Shown: positions 8,703 to 16,412 of the stretch, piece after piece | Layout: each line of letters begins with the position of its first letter | Position numbering within the stretch: position 1 is the first letter of the stretch | Virus record (IMG/VR): IMGVR_UViG_3300028601_000026 | Coordinates: 1 to 64,000 of that record | Length of the DNA stretch: 64,000 bases | Direction: 5' to 3' (one strand) | DNA from: a virus | Taxonomy: Duplodnaviria > Caudoviricetes | Notes under the pieces: model-generated | Databases searched by the model: none | What the model was told of the DNA's origin: nothing | Seen by the model: only the letters and a program-made list of their open reading frames with translations | Made by a program: the position numbers and the translations under genes

Positions 8703-10636
8703 TCAAGATCGTTGAGCTGGGCTGTGATGTTCCGGAAACCGGGGAAGCCCGCGTCTCCCTGCTTGGGAATGGGAGTTTGATTAAAACGGCTTCCAACGAT
8801 ATTCAGAAACAGTGGGAGACCTTGAAAAAGGAGGAGGGAAAGGCCTACCTGCATGTGATCGCCATGACGGATTCGGAGAAGTATGGTCCCAACAATAATG
8901 GGGATTTCTTCTATGGGGATGACTTGCGCAAGTACCACCCGACCTTTGTCTCCAATGCGCATTTTTATTTGCACCATGTGAATAAGGATCCGAAAAAATC
9001 CATTGGTCGCCCCATTTTTTCCTTCTACAACGAGCCCATGTCCCGGGTGGAGTTGATCATTGAGATTGACAAAACCAACCCTATGGCAATGGGTGTGGTG
9101 GAGAAGATAAAAAAAGGGGAGGCAATCTACGTCAGTATGGGGGTCAAGGTTTCCCATGACGTTTGCTCGATTTGTGGCAACAAAGCTAAAACACGTGCGG
9201 AGTACTGCTCTCACCTGCGCTATAACATGCGCAAAATTCTCCCGGATGGTCGCCAGGTATATGCCATCAATCCCGCTCCGCTTCATTTCTTCGACATCAG
9301 CGACGTCAACCGTCCGGCGGACCGTGTGGCTTGGGCGTTACAAAAAGCCGCCAGTCAAGGATCTTCTTTTTTTGTAGAGGGATCGATGAAAACCTCTGCG
9401 GAACTTGGAGAGGATTTTGAACTTCAAGAGGCCTGCCTGCAGGGGTTGACGAAGCTTTCCCAGATGATCAAACAGGTTGAAGGGGAAGGAATTCAGGGGG
9501 ACCTGGGGGATGGCAAGCTGAAAGCTTTGCATAAGCTTAAGGAAACGTCCAAGGCGGAGCTGGAGTATCCGGTTCTTGGGGGCAAGGAATTGGAGGCTCT
9601 GCAACTTTCTCCTGGAGGGATTCTCCGCAGCATTCTGGGTAATGGAGTAGCTCCTTCCCTGTCGGAATTGGCTTATGCTTCTGGCCGGCATCACCTTGGT
9701 GAGGATTTTTCGGCAGAACATATTCCCTTGATGCTCAGGCTGCTTCCCGCAATCTTACCCCTACTGATGCAGCATCCTCGGACTCTTATGCCTCGGGCTC
9801 TGAGTATCTTTGGCGACTATCAAGGAGAATTGGATACTCCGGAAGTGGTGGTGAGGGTCACAAAGATTATTCAGCCCGTCGCCAGACGCCGGGCTCTGAT
9901 TATCAAGCAGGCCTGTACTTCTAAGGAATATGCAAAGCTGGCTTCTGACGTTTATCAGGCTCTGCAAAGTACCCATTTTCGGGCAGCGCCTGGCAGCCAA
10001 GTAGAAGGTGCAACAGCATTTCTGCGCAGTAAGTCAGAACGGGGCTGGTCCAGCGTCGGACGCCCCATGAACGAAACCTTCCGAGTGCAGGACCAGAATG
10101 GCCACGAACTGGTGGCTTCCCGGCAGGGCATCCTCGCCGCCCAGGAAGCCCACGGCAGCGCCAAAATGGTTACAGGCCTGTTCGGCGCCCTGGCGGGTCT
10201 GGCCGCCCTTGGTGCTGTCACGGTGGAACCGTCCCTGTTTGGCAAAGTGGTAGCCCCCTCGGCACTGGGCTTCCTGGCCTACAAACTCCTCAACGGCTCG
10301 CCGCATCCCCGGGTGGAAACCGCTGAGGGTGGAGAGATTCCGGTCAGCACCGTCTTCTCCAAAACCGCGGTACAGCAGCACAACCTTGCCCCGTTGATGG
10401 GTATGTCGGTTCCCGCAGCCCTGGGGTTGGATTACCTCTACAACCGGCATCTCAAGTACCGGCAGCATCCCATGCCGGAAGCCGAAATGGGCAGGACCCG
10501 CAGAGCTCTGTACAAGGGTGGGAGGTTTGTCACGGACAATCCGGTGACCAGTCTCGCCGCGGGAGGCATCGCAGGGACTCTGCTTTCCTTCGGAGGTAGG
10601 GATTTTTTAAAAGCCCTTCGTAATCTAAAAAAATAG
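8699..10636 (+). CDS. Prohead (maturation) serine protease, HK97/S78-like, with Zn-ribbon insert and long C-terminal extension
   Basis: His motif LHHVNKDPKKSIG, Ser motif VSMG, FFDISDVNRPAD (compare EISLV..PA), CSICGN...YCSH; upstream of scaffold and capsid genes. Confidence 0.7.
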   Translation: MIKIVELGCDVPETGEARVSLLGNGSLIKTASNDIQKQWETLKKEEGKAYLHVIAMTDSEKYGPNNNGDFFYGDDLRKYHPTFVSNAHFYLHHVNKDPKKSIGRPIFSFYNEPMSRVELIIEIDKTNPMAMGVVEKIKKGEAIYVSMGVKVSHDVCSICGNKAKTRAEYCSHLRYNMRKILPDGRQVYAINPAPLHFFDISDVNRPADRVAWALQKAASQGSSFFVEGSMKTSAELGEDFELQEACLQGLTKLSQMIKQVEGEGIQGDLGDGKLKALHKLKETSKAELEYPVLGGKELEALQLSPGGILRSILGNGVAPSLSELAYASGRHHLGEDFSAEHIPLMLRLLPAILPLLMQHPRTLMPRALSIFGDYQGELDTPEVVVRVTKIIQPVARRRALIIKQACTSKEYAKLASDVYQALQSTHFRAAPGSQVEGATAFLRSKSERGWSSVGRPMNETFRVQDQNGHELVASRQGILAAQEAHGSAKMVTGLFGALAGLAALGAVTVEPSLFGKVVAPSALGFLAYKLLNGSPHPRVETAEGGEIPVSTVFSKTAVQQHNLAPLMGMSVPAALGLDYLYNRHLKYRQHPMPEAEMGRTRRALYKGGRFVTDNPVTSLAAGGIAGTLLSFGGRDFLKALRNLKK

Positions 10637-10658
10637 AGCCCTTTTTCAAGGGCCCTAT
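10627..10658 (-). terminator. Intrinsic terminator for the antisense small ORF
   Basis: Minus strand ATAGGGCCC-loop-GGGCTCTAT-TTTTTT; the stem is fully paired only on the minus strand (one G-U). Confidence 0.65.
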
Positions 10659-10671
10659 CTTCGGGCAGAGT

Positions 10672-10839
10672 TCAGTAGTACATGTCCGGGTGCTGATCCG
10701 GATGCAGGAAGTAGAAAGCTGCTCCTACTGCTACCAGACCAAGTGTGAATAGAGGTAAGTCAATTACGGCGTACCCGGTATATCCTTCCCAGCCCTTGTC
10801 CTCTTCTTCCTCTGTCTGCCCTTGCCACCATTTTTTCAT
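10672..10839 (-). CDS. Small 55-aa single-pass membrane protein, absent from the supplied track
   Basis: AGGAG RBS; MKKWWQGQTEEEEDKGWEGYTGYAVIDLPLFTLGLVAVGAAFYFLHPDQHPDMYY; has its own terminator and a candidate promoter. Confidence 0.65.
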   Translation of the reverse strand: MKKWWQGQTEEEEDKGWEGYTGYAVIDLPLFTLGLVAVGAAFYFLHPDQHPDMYY

Positions 10840-10905
10840 ACCATGCTCCTCACTGATTTCGCCCGGCGAAATTGCCGGGCTCAGTGAGAATTAGTTTAAT
10901 ACTTC

Positions 10906-10914
10906 CTTATACCA
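10906..10914 (-). promoter_or_regulatory. Candidate extended -10 promoter (TGGTATAAG)
   Basis: TGn-TATAAG upstream of the 10839 ORF; resembles TGTTATAAG at 48063-48071. Confidence 0.4.
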
Positions 10915-11077
10915 AAATCTACACCATTTTTTTTATTAATAAATAATCTGAGCTTACTCATTATTTAGTATAGAGGAATGATTTTCTTTCCTCCGCTTGG
11001 ACTCGGTACCTGCACACACCTCTCTTCTTGTCGAGTTCTTTCTGTAGTCGAACAATCCTTCCCAGGAGCACTTAATA

Positions 11078-11887
11078 ATGAAAACCCCCATTTCTTTGTC
11101 CAGCATTATTGAAAGCTTTACCAAGGTAGCCGAGGAGGATGTGCTTTCTCCGGAGGAAGCACAAGAGGTTCCGGAAGATGAGATCCCGGGCCAGGAAGGT
11201 ATCCCTCCGGCACAGGAAGACACGGAAGAAGCTCTGGTTGGGGCTGCCAAAACTGTGGTGGAAGCGGACGCGGCTCAGGAAGAAGCTTTGGCTTTACTGA
11301 AGGAACTGGCGTTGGAAGCCGCCTCGGTGGATGACGCTCAGATCGCTAAGGAAGCCATGCTGCATGGCAAGGTGATGGCGCACAGCCTGTTGCAGGAGAT
11401 GGATAAGGTAGCCGCTCAGCGTACGGCCTATCAAGTCACGGAGGAGATGTTGGCAAGTAAAGCACAAGAGGATTTCGAAGCCTTGTCGGGCATCACCAAA
11501 GCGGCCTTTGACCTGACCAATGACTACCTCGCCAAGTGTGCTGCAGAAGACACCGACGAAGTGGGTGAAGGCAGTACGGAAGAAGACGCGGACGAGGGCA
11601 TCGACACCGAGACTGAGGATGACGACGTCGAGGAGATCGAAAAGGATGCAGCAGAACTGATGGCTCTCTGTAAACAGGCGTATGAAGAGGCTTTCTTCGG
11701 TACAGGAGATTACCTCGCCAAGTGTGCTGCAGAAGACACCGACGAAGTGGGTGAAGGCAGTACGGAAGAAGACGCGGACGAGGGCATCGACACCGAGACT
11801 GAGGATGACGACGTCGAGGAGATCGCCAAAGAGGCTTTCGATCAAGCATTCTCCCTGACCAATGAGTACCTCGAAAATCTTGGGTAA
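11078..11887 (+). CDS. Acidic capsid scaffolding protein
   Basis: Very Glu/Asp-rich, helical, between protease and capsid genes; 9 of 14 Lys are in K-x-A. Confidence 0.65.
   Translation: MKTPISLSSIIESFTKVAEEDVLSPEEAQEVPEDEIPGQEGIPPAQEDTEEALVGAAKTVVEADAAQEEALALLKELALEAASVDDAQIAKEAMLHGKVMAHSLLQEMDKVAAQRTAYQVTEEMLASKAQEDFEALSGITKAAFDLTNDYLAKCAAEDTDEVGEGSTEEDADEGIDTETEDDDVEEIEKDAAELMALCKQAYEEAFFGTGDYLAKCAAEDTDEVGEGSTEEDADEGIDTETEDDDVEEIAKEAFDQAFSLTNEYLENLG
11525..11825 (+). repeat. Perfect 115-bp direct repeat (11525-11639 and 11711-11825) inside the scaffold gene
   Basis: Identical copies 186 bp apart, in frame (YLAKCAAEDTDEVGEGSTEEDADEGIDTETEDDDVEEI). Confidence 0.9.
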
Positions 11888-11891
11888 GCCT

Positions 11892-12086
11892 ATGTCCTCC
11901 GACCCTAATGCTCAGGCCCAAGCCCTGCTCAAGCAGGCCAGTACGCTTCTGCGCAAAGCCGCAGAGGACTTGCCGGTAGAGGGCTTGGAGAAGCACGCCT
12001 CCGGGAATCTGCTTTTTCTTTCCGGAGGACATGCCATAGACCTTACCGCGCTTAAGGAGGCCGTAAATGCAAGACGTCTTGCGTAA
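11892..12086 (+). CDS. Small head-cluster protein
   Basis: ATG 11892 in frame with ORF 11862; KQA, KAA, KHA, KEA. Confidence 0.55.
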   Translation: MSSDPNAQAQALLKQASTLLRKAAEDLPVEGLEKHASGNLLFLSGGHAIDLTALKEAVNARRLA

Positions 12087-12213
12087 AACCGCGGCCAACC
12101 TCCGAAAGGTGGCTTCCACTCTGCCTGTTGGGACTTCCTTGGCCAAGGTTACTCCGTTGGATTCGGAGCATATTTTAAATCTTTTTAAGTTCGCATGCAG
12201 GAGTTCCCGATGA
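12067..12213 (+). CDS. Small 48-aa ORF absent from the supplied track
   Basis: AGGAGG RBS; MQDVLRKTAANLRKVASTLPVGTSLAKVTPLDSEHILNLFKFACRSSR; ATGA overlap with the next gene. Confidence 0.65.
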   Translation: MQDVLRKTAANLRKVASTLPVGTSLAKVTPLDSEHILNLFKFACRSSR

Positions 12214-12416
12214 GTTTATCCAACACCAAGCAACAGCTTTTGTCTCTTGCGGACAATCTTGACGCCTTGGCAGAGGAAGTCGGTAACGGCGGTGTCCGTA
12301 AGACCGCCTCTGCAGTGGACTTCAGTTTCGATTTTGGGAGTGTAAGCCCCGTAGTCACGTCAGGTGCTTCCGCTGAACAAAAATTCCTGGCCTCGCTTTT
12401 TGGCAGAGACTCTTAG
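12210..12416 (+). CDS. Small head-cluster protein
   Basis: CAGGAG RBS before ATG 12210; contains RKTAS. Confidence 0.55.
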   Translation: MSLSNTKQQLLSLADNLDALAEEVGNGGVRKTASAVDFSFDFGSVSPVVTSGASAEQKFLASLFGRDS

Positions 12417-12466
12417 CCGCGGCTCGGAACAACTTCACAACGTAATCTCTTCAGGAGGATTCTCAC

Positions 12467-12868
12467 ATGTATCAGATTGTAAAAGGCTGGCCTTCCAATG
12501 CCGCTCTCGACGAGAACGTAAAAGCGGCCACCGGGCAGACCATCGTGGAAGGGCAGGTCATTACCAAAGATTCCGATGGAGCCGCCGTCGTAGCGTCCCT
12601 GGCCGCCGGGGATGACAAGACCGCGTACTTCGTTATTGGCAAGGAAACCCTCACCGGCACCTTCACTGGTCTTACCGGCAAGTTCATCGCTGAAGTGGAT
12701 GCGGATCACTTGGCTGCTGCGGTATCGACGTACGCCATTGATGAGCTGCTTACTGCTACCACGGGCAAATTCGCGGCTCTCACTGCGGGGGCCCCGGAGC
12801 AGGCTATCGCAAGGGTTGTCGGCAAAGACGCTGTCAACGGCAAACTCCGCGTCATCTGGCTCGGTTAA
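12467..12868 (+). CDS. Capsid decoration/cement-like protein
   Basis: 133 aa, Ala/Gly/Thr-rich, immediately before the MCP; AGGAGG RBS. Confidence 0.6.
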   Translation: MYQIVKGWPSNAALDENVKAATGQTIVEGQVITKDSDGAAVVASLAAGDDKTAYFVIGKETLTGTFTGLTGKFIAEVDADHLAAAVSTYAIDELLTATTGKFAALTAGAPEQAIARVVGKDAVNGKLRVIWLG

Positions 12869-12889
12869 TCTTAAGAGGAGTTGTATCCC

Positions 12890-13798
12890 ATGAACGTAGA
12901 AACTACTCAGGTGAGTGCGGAGCTGATCAACGCAGCTTTTGTTGAAAAGATCGAGAACGGTCAGATCAAGGAAGCTGAGGAAGCAGCCACTGCCTATATT
13001 CGTCAGAAACTCTATGAAGAAGGTGTATTGCGGCGCCTGTTCGAACCGCGCACGGTTACTTCGGATGAACTGGATCCGGAAGTGGAAAGCGACCGTCCTT
13101 CCAAGCTGTGTGAAATCGAACCGGATGCCCCCAGTGCCACTTTTGTAAACTTCAAAGGCACAGGGGATCGCCGGTACTTCGAGGGCAAGCGTTTCCGTGT
13201 GCCCTTCGGTAAGGTGGAAAGCACCCGTGAGGCGAAAAACAAATTCGAGCTCATGTCGATCCGCATGCCGATCATGGATTGGCTGAAGGACAAGCATGTC
13301 AAGTCGGTCCAGAATGAGGAAGACTCCTATTTCATGGGCACCATTAACGACATCGTTGGGGCTGCCGCCGACCAGCGCACCACCGCAGCAGGCACCGATT
13401 CGTACAAGGACGCCTTCGTGCTGGGCCTCAAAGGGATGACTCGGCTGCGCCTGCCGGTGGGCAAAGTCCTGATGCACAAAAATACCTACCTGGAGAGCAT
13501 CAAGCTCAAAACCGACGAGATCGGCTTTGCTCCCCAGGAGAAGCGGTTCAATGAGGGCGTCGAGCAGGAAGAAAGCTTCCTCGGGTACCCGGTGGTCACC
13601 ACCATCAAGGACGACATCGTAGCCGAAGGTAAGCTGTACTTCTTTGCTCCTGCAGATTACTTCATCAAGTTCTGGTTGCTGCAGGACGCTACCCTCTTCA
13701 TGAAGACGGAAGCAGATATGTACTACTTCCATACTTATGAGGCTCCGGGCGTGGGTATTGGTAATACCCGTGGTGTGTTCTGTGTCACCCTGGCCTGA
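12890..13798 (+). CDS. Major capsid protein, HK97-fold
   Basis: GAGGAG RBS; ~302 aa; follows protease-scaffold-decoration genes; IRQKLYEEGVLRRLFEP...EEDSYFM...LYFFAP pattern; followed by a terminator. Confidence 0.75.
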   Translation: MNVETTQVSAELINAAFVEKIENGQIKEAEEAATAYIRQKLYEEGVLRRLFEPRTVTSDELDPEVESDRPSKLCEIEPDAPSATFVNFKGTGDRRYFEGKRFRVPFGKVESTREAKNKFELMSIRMPIMDWLKDKHVKSVQNEEDSYFMGTINDIVGAAADQRTTAAGTDSYKDAFVLGLKGMTRLRLPVGKVLMHKNTYLESIKLKTDEIGFAPQEKRFNEGVEQEESFLGYPVVTTIKDDIVAEGKLYFFAPADYFIKFWLLQDATLFMKTEADMYYFHTYEAPGVGIGNTRGVFCVTLA

Positions 13799-13829
13799 TC
13801 TCTTTAAGGATCAGGTCCGTTAGAGACTG

Positions 13830-13864
13830 AGGGGGCCGGGTCGCAAGGCCCTGCCCCCTTTTTG
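13830..13864 (+). terminator. Intrinsic terminator after the MCP
   Basis: AGGGGGC...GCCCCCT stem, GCAA tetraloop, T-run. Confidence 0.75.
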
Positions 13865-13895
13865 TTGTCCAAACTCTAGCTAGTGGAGCAAAGAA

Positions 13896-14216
13896 ATGGC
13901 GAGCGAAACAGCGACTCTTACCAACGTGTCTCCCGACCCGTTGTCTTTCGGCCCCTACACCCTTAACCCTTCCGCCACGTTCGATACAACCGACAAGGTT
14001 CTTACTGACGCAACCCTGAAGGCCATCCACTACTTCATCAACAGCGAAAAGATCACTGTGAATGAGGGTGGCACGGTCCTGACCCCTTTTGTAGGCCCCA
14101 AAGGCCCCTCTGGGGACAAAGGCCCGACTGGGGACAAAGGCCCCACTGGGGACAAAGGCCCCACTGGGGACAAAGGCCCTGATGGGGACAAAGGCCCGAC
14201 TGGAGATCCGGGCTAA
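13896..14216 (+). CDS. Small virion protein with collagen-like (G-X-Y) tail
   Basis: GDKGPT repeats at the C-terminus. Confidence 0.65.
   Translation: MASETATLTNVSPDPLSFGPYTLNPSATFDTTDKVLTDATLKAIHYFINSEKITVNEGGTVLTPFVGPKGPSGDKGPTGDKGPTGDKGPTGDKGPDGDKGPTGDPG
14112..14201 (+). repeat. Five 18-bp tandem coding repeats (GGGGACAAAGGCCCnnnn)
   Basis: Units start at 14112, 14130, 14148, 14166, 14184. Confidence 0.9.
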
Positions 14217-14304
14217 TAGAAACTGAATGGGAGGGGGAGAGGGAGTTTCCTCCCCCTACCAGATATTAATTTTTTTATTATTCCATACAAGGAGAAGTAA
14301 GCAC

Positions 14305-14697
14305 ATGGCTCAGGTCAAAAATATTCACATGGACCCCCTGGCCGTAGGACGTCACACCGTGGCTCCAGGCGAGGTCATCGATACGGAAGGCATTTCCCGA
14401 AGCCCGCAGGCCCTGGCCGCCCTGCACTACTTCGTGGGTCGGGGCTACCTGACTATGCTCGAAGGGGAACTGCCTACTGTCAAAAAAGCGGACCCTGCTC
14501 CGGCCTCGATGGAAGCCCAGGTCGAAATCCAGGCCGAACCTCAGGCCGAAGCCCCGGTCGAAGAAGCTCCGGCAGAAGAAGCTCCGGTCGAAGAAGCTCC
14601 GGTCGAAGAAGCTCCGGCAGAAGAAGCTCCGGCAGAAGAACCTCCGGCAGAAGAAGCTCCGGTACGCAAAACCCGGAAATCCAAGAAGTCTGAATAA
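14305..14697 (+). CDS. Small virion protein with acidic Pro/Ala/Glu linker and basic tip
   Basis: AAGGAG RBS before ATG 14305; N-domain resembles that of 13896; EEAP repeats. Confidence 0.6.
   Translation: MAQVKNIHMDPLAVGRHTVAPGEVIDTEGISRSPQALAALHYFVGRGYLTMLEGELPTVKKADPAPASMEAQVEIQAEPQAEAPVEEAPAEEAPVEEAPVEEAPAEEAPAEEPPAEEAPVRKTRKSKKSE
14560..14664 (+). repeat. Seven 15-bp tandem coding repeats (GAAGAAGCTCCGGCA/GTC)
   Basis: Encode EEAP(A/V) x7. Confidence 0.9.
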
Positions 14698-14708
14698 GGA
14701 ATATCCCT

Positions 14709-15155
14709 ATGGCACTAACCGTCGAAGACATCCGTGTTTTTTGTAAAGATATTCCGGAGTTGAACATCCTCCTGGAAGGGGAGACACAATCTTCTGACGA
14801 TCTTATTACCCGTGCCATACGGCTGACTGTCAGTGATTTTAACAGCTATCCCCCCGCAACCCAGTTTTCTGCAGAGGATTTTCCTTCGGAATCTACCATG
14901 CTTTTCGGAGTGCAGCATTACCTTGCCCTGGCGGAGGCTGAACGGCAGCTACGTAACCAAGTCAATTTCGCTGCACAGGGAGTAAATGCTGGGATTGATG
15001 ATAAGCACCCTCAGTATCTACAGTTGGCAGCTACCTACAGACAGCTTTTTTTGGATAAGACGCGGGAGCACAAGGTGTTTTTGAACATGCAACAGGCTTG
15101 GGGTGAAGTCTATTCACCTTATGTTGGCATCAACGAACACCACTTTCAGAACTGA
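14709..15155 (+). CDS. Head-tail adaptor/neck protein
   Basis: Position after the MCP; helical 148 aa; KHPQYLQLAATY-type C-terminus. Confidence 0.5.
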   Translation: MALTVEDIRVFCKDIPELNILLEGETQSSDDLITRAIRLTVSDFNSYPPATQFSAEDFPSESTMLFGVQHYLALAEAERQLRNQVNFAAQGVNAGIDDKHPQYLQLAATYRQLFLDKTREHKVFLNMQQAWGEVYSPYVGINEHHFQN

Positions 15156-15162
15156 TTAAATC

Positions 15163-15717
15163 ATGAGCGAGCTCTACGGACCCCCCAGACCCAAGCATAA
15201 CGACCGCTTTAATCAGCATCGCACAGCCTACTATCTGCGAGGCATGGCGAAGAAGATGCAGCGGGATCTGTCTCGGGTGATCCGCCTCTACCTGGGTAAA
15301 GAGGTTCGATTTTACCACCTCACCGAAGAGTCTCCTCGCTGCCCGACTTGTACCGATGCATTGACCGGGGCCGTCGTCTTGTCCAATTGCCCGGACTGCT
15401 TGGGCACCGGGCACATCCCGGGATATCAGTACCATAGTGATGGCTGGGTGCTCCCTGAATTTGGAGCTCGAGTAAAAGCCGAGGGGGAATTTGGCAACAC
15501 GGAAACTACCCCTGGAGGTACCGATACTTTCCTGGTGGTTGGATTACCTCAGCTGGAAATGGGAGACATCCTTATTGTGCGGGATACCCGAGAAATTTAT
15601 CGGGTGGAGAATATGGAACCTCAGATAGCTGCCGTGCAGGGGGAGATCATTTTACAGACCGTGAACATGGTGTTCCTGACCCCAGGAGCGACTGAGTATG
15701 CCCTGATTGATTGGTAA
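15163..15717 (+). CDS. Head closure/neck protein with Zn finger
   Basis: CPTC...CPDCLGTG; beta-barrel-like C-half (GDILIV...IYRV). Confidence 0.5.
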   Translation: MSELYGPPRPKHNDRFNQHRTAYYLRGMAKKMQRDLSRVIRLYLGKEVRFYHLTEESPRCPTCTDALTGAVVLSNCPDCLGTGHIPGYQYHSDGWVLPEFGARVKAEGEFGNTETTPGGTDTFLVVGLPQLEMGDILIVRDTREIYRVENMEPQIAAVQGEIILQTVNMVFLTPGATEYALIDW

Positions 15718-15720
15718 GCT

Positions 15721-16359
15721 ATGTCTCTGCCTTATGGAAGTATCTTCACTCCAAGGACCACTCCGCTGCAGGTGTATCAGCTGGTCTACCATCTGATCCG
15801 GCAAACCTTCATGGAGTTGGGGGATGGACATCCTTTTCGCATGACCACGGATGCCCAGACTACCGGGCTGGTACTGGACACCTCCTTTAACAAGGAGTCC
15901 AGGGCGGTAGGTACTCGTCCCCTGGTCATCGTGACCCGGGGGGATGTCATGGCTTCTCCCCAGGTTCTTGGCGATTTTGCCGGACAGAATGAATACACGA
16001 CCAATAGCCTGAATACCACCCTGGTGGATAGCTCCGTTATGGTGCGAATAATTACCCCGGAAGCCGCCCATACCGACATCCTAGGCAATGAGATTTTTAA
16101 TCTCATGGTGTCCTGTCGCAAGTTGCTCCCTCAATTCACCTCTGTTTTGCGTGTTAACGGGGTGTCCCTCTCTACTGTATCTCCCCTAGGATCGGCGGAC
16201 GATCAGTACTTCAGCATTGTAAGCCTCGCTTATACCATGCAGTACAAGTGGCGCATGTTGGAGCCCCAGCAGCTTCTTGCTCGTATTGACGCTACCCTCA
16301 CCGAACCTGAGGGCTCCAACATGCATATTATCAGTTCCCTCGCTCCAGACCTCTCTTAG
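15721..16359 (+). CDS. Tail terminator/completion-like protein
   Basis: Position between neck and sheath genes; size 212 aa. Confidence 0.45.
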   Translation: MSLPYGSIFTPRTTPLQVYQLVYHLIRQTFMELGDGHPFRMTTDAQTTGLVLDTSFNKESRAVGTRPLVIVTRGDVMASPQVLGDFAGQNEYTTNSLNTTLVDSSVMVRIITPEAAHTDILGNEIFNLMVSCRKLLPQFTSVLRVNGVSLSTVSPLGSADDQYFSIVSLAYTMQYKWRMLEPQQLLARIDATLTEPEGSNMHIISSLAPDLS

Positions 16360-16412
16360 GTTCTATTCAGGAACTCCCGTATAACAACATTCCTTTCAAG
16401 GAAGGTGCTTCT

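Noticed and set aside
11525-14664. CRISPR array or mobile-element repeats
   Set aside because: All repeats found are in-frame coding repeats without unique spacers or terminal inverted repeats; no cas operon.
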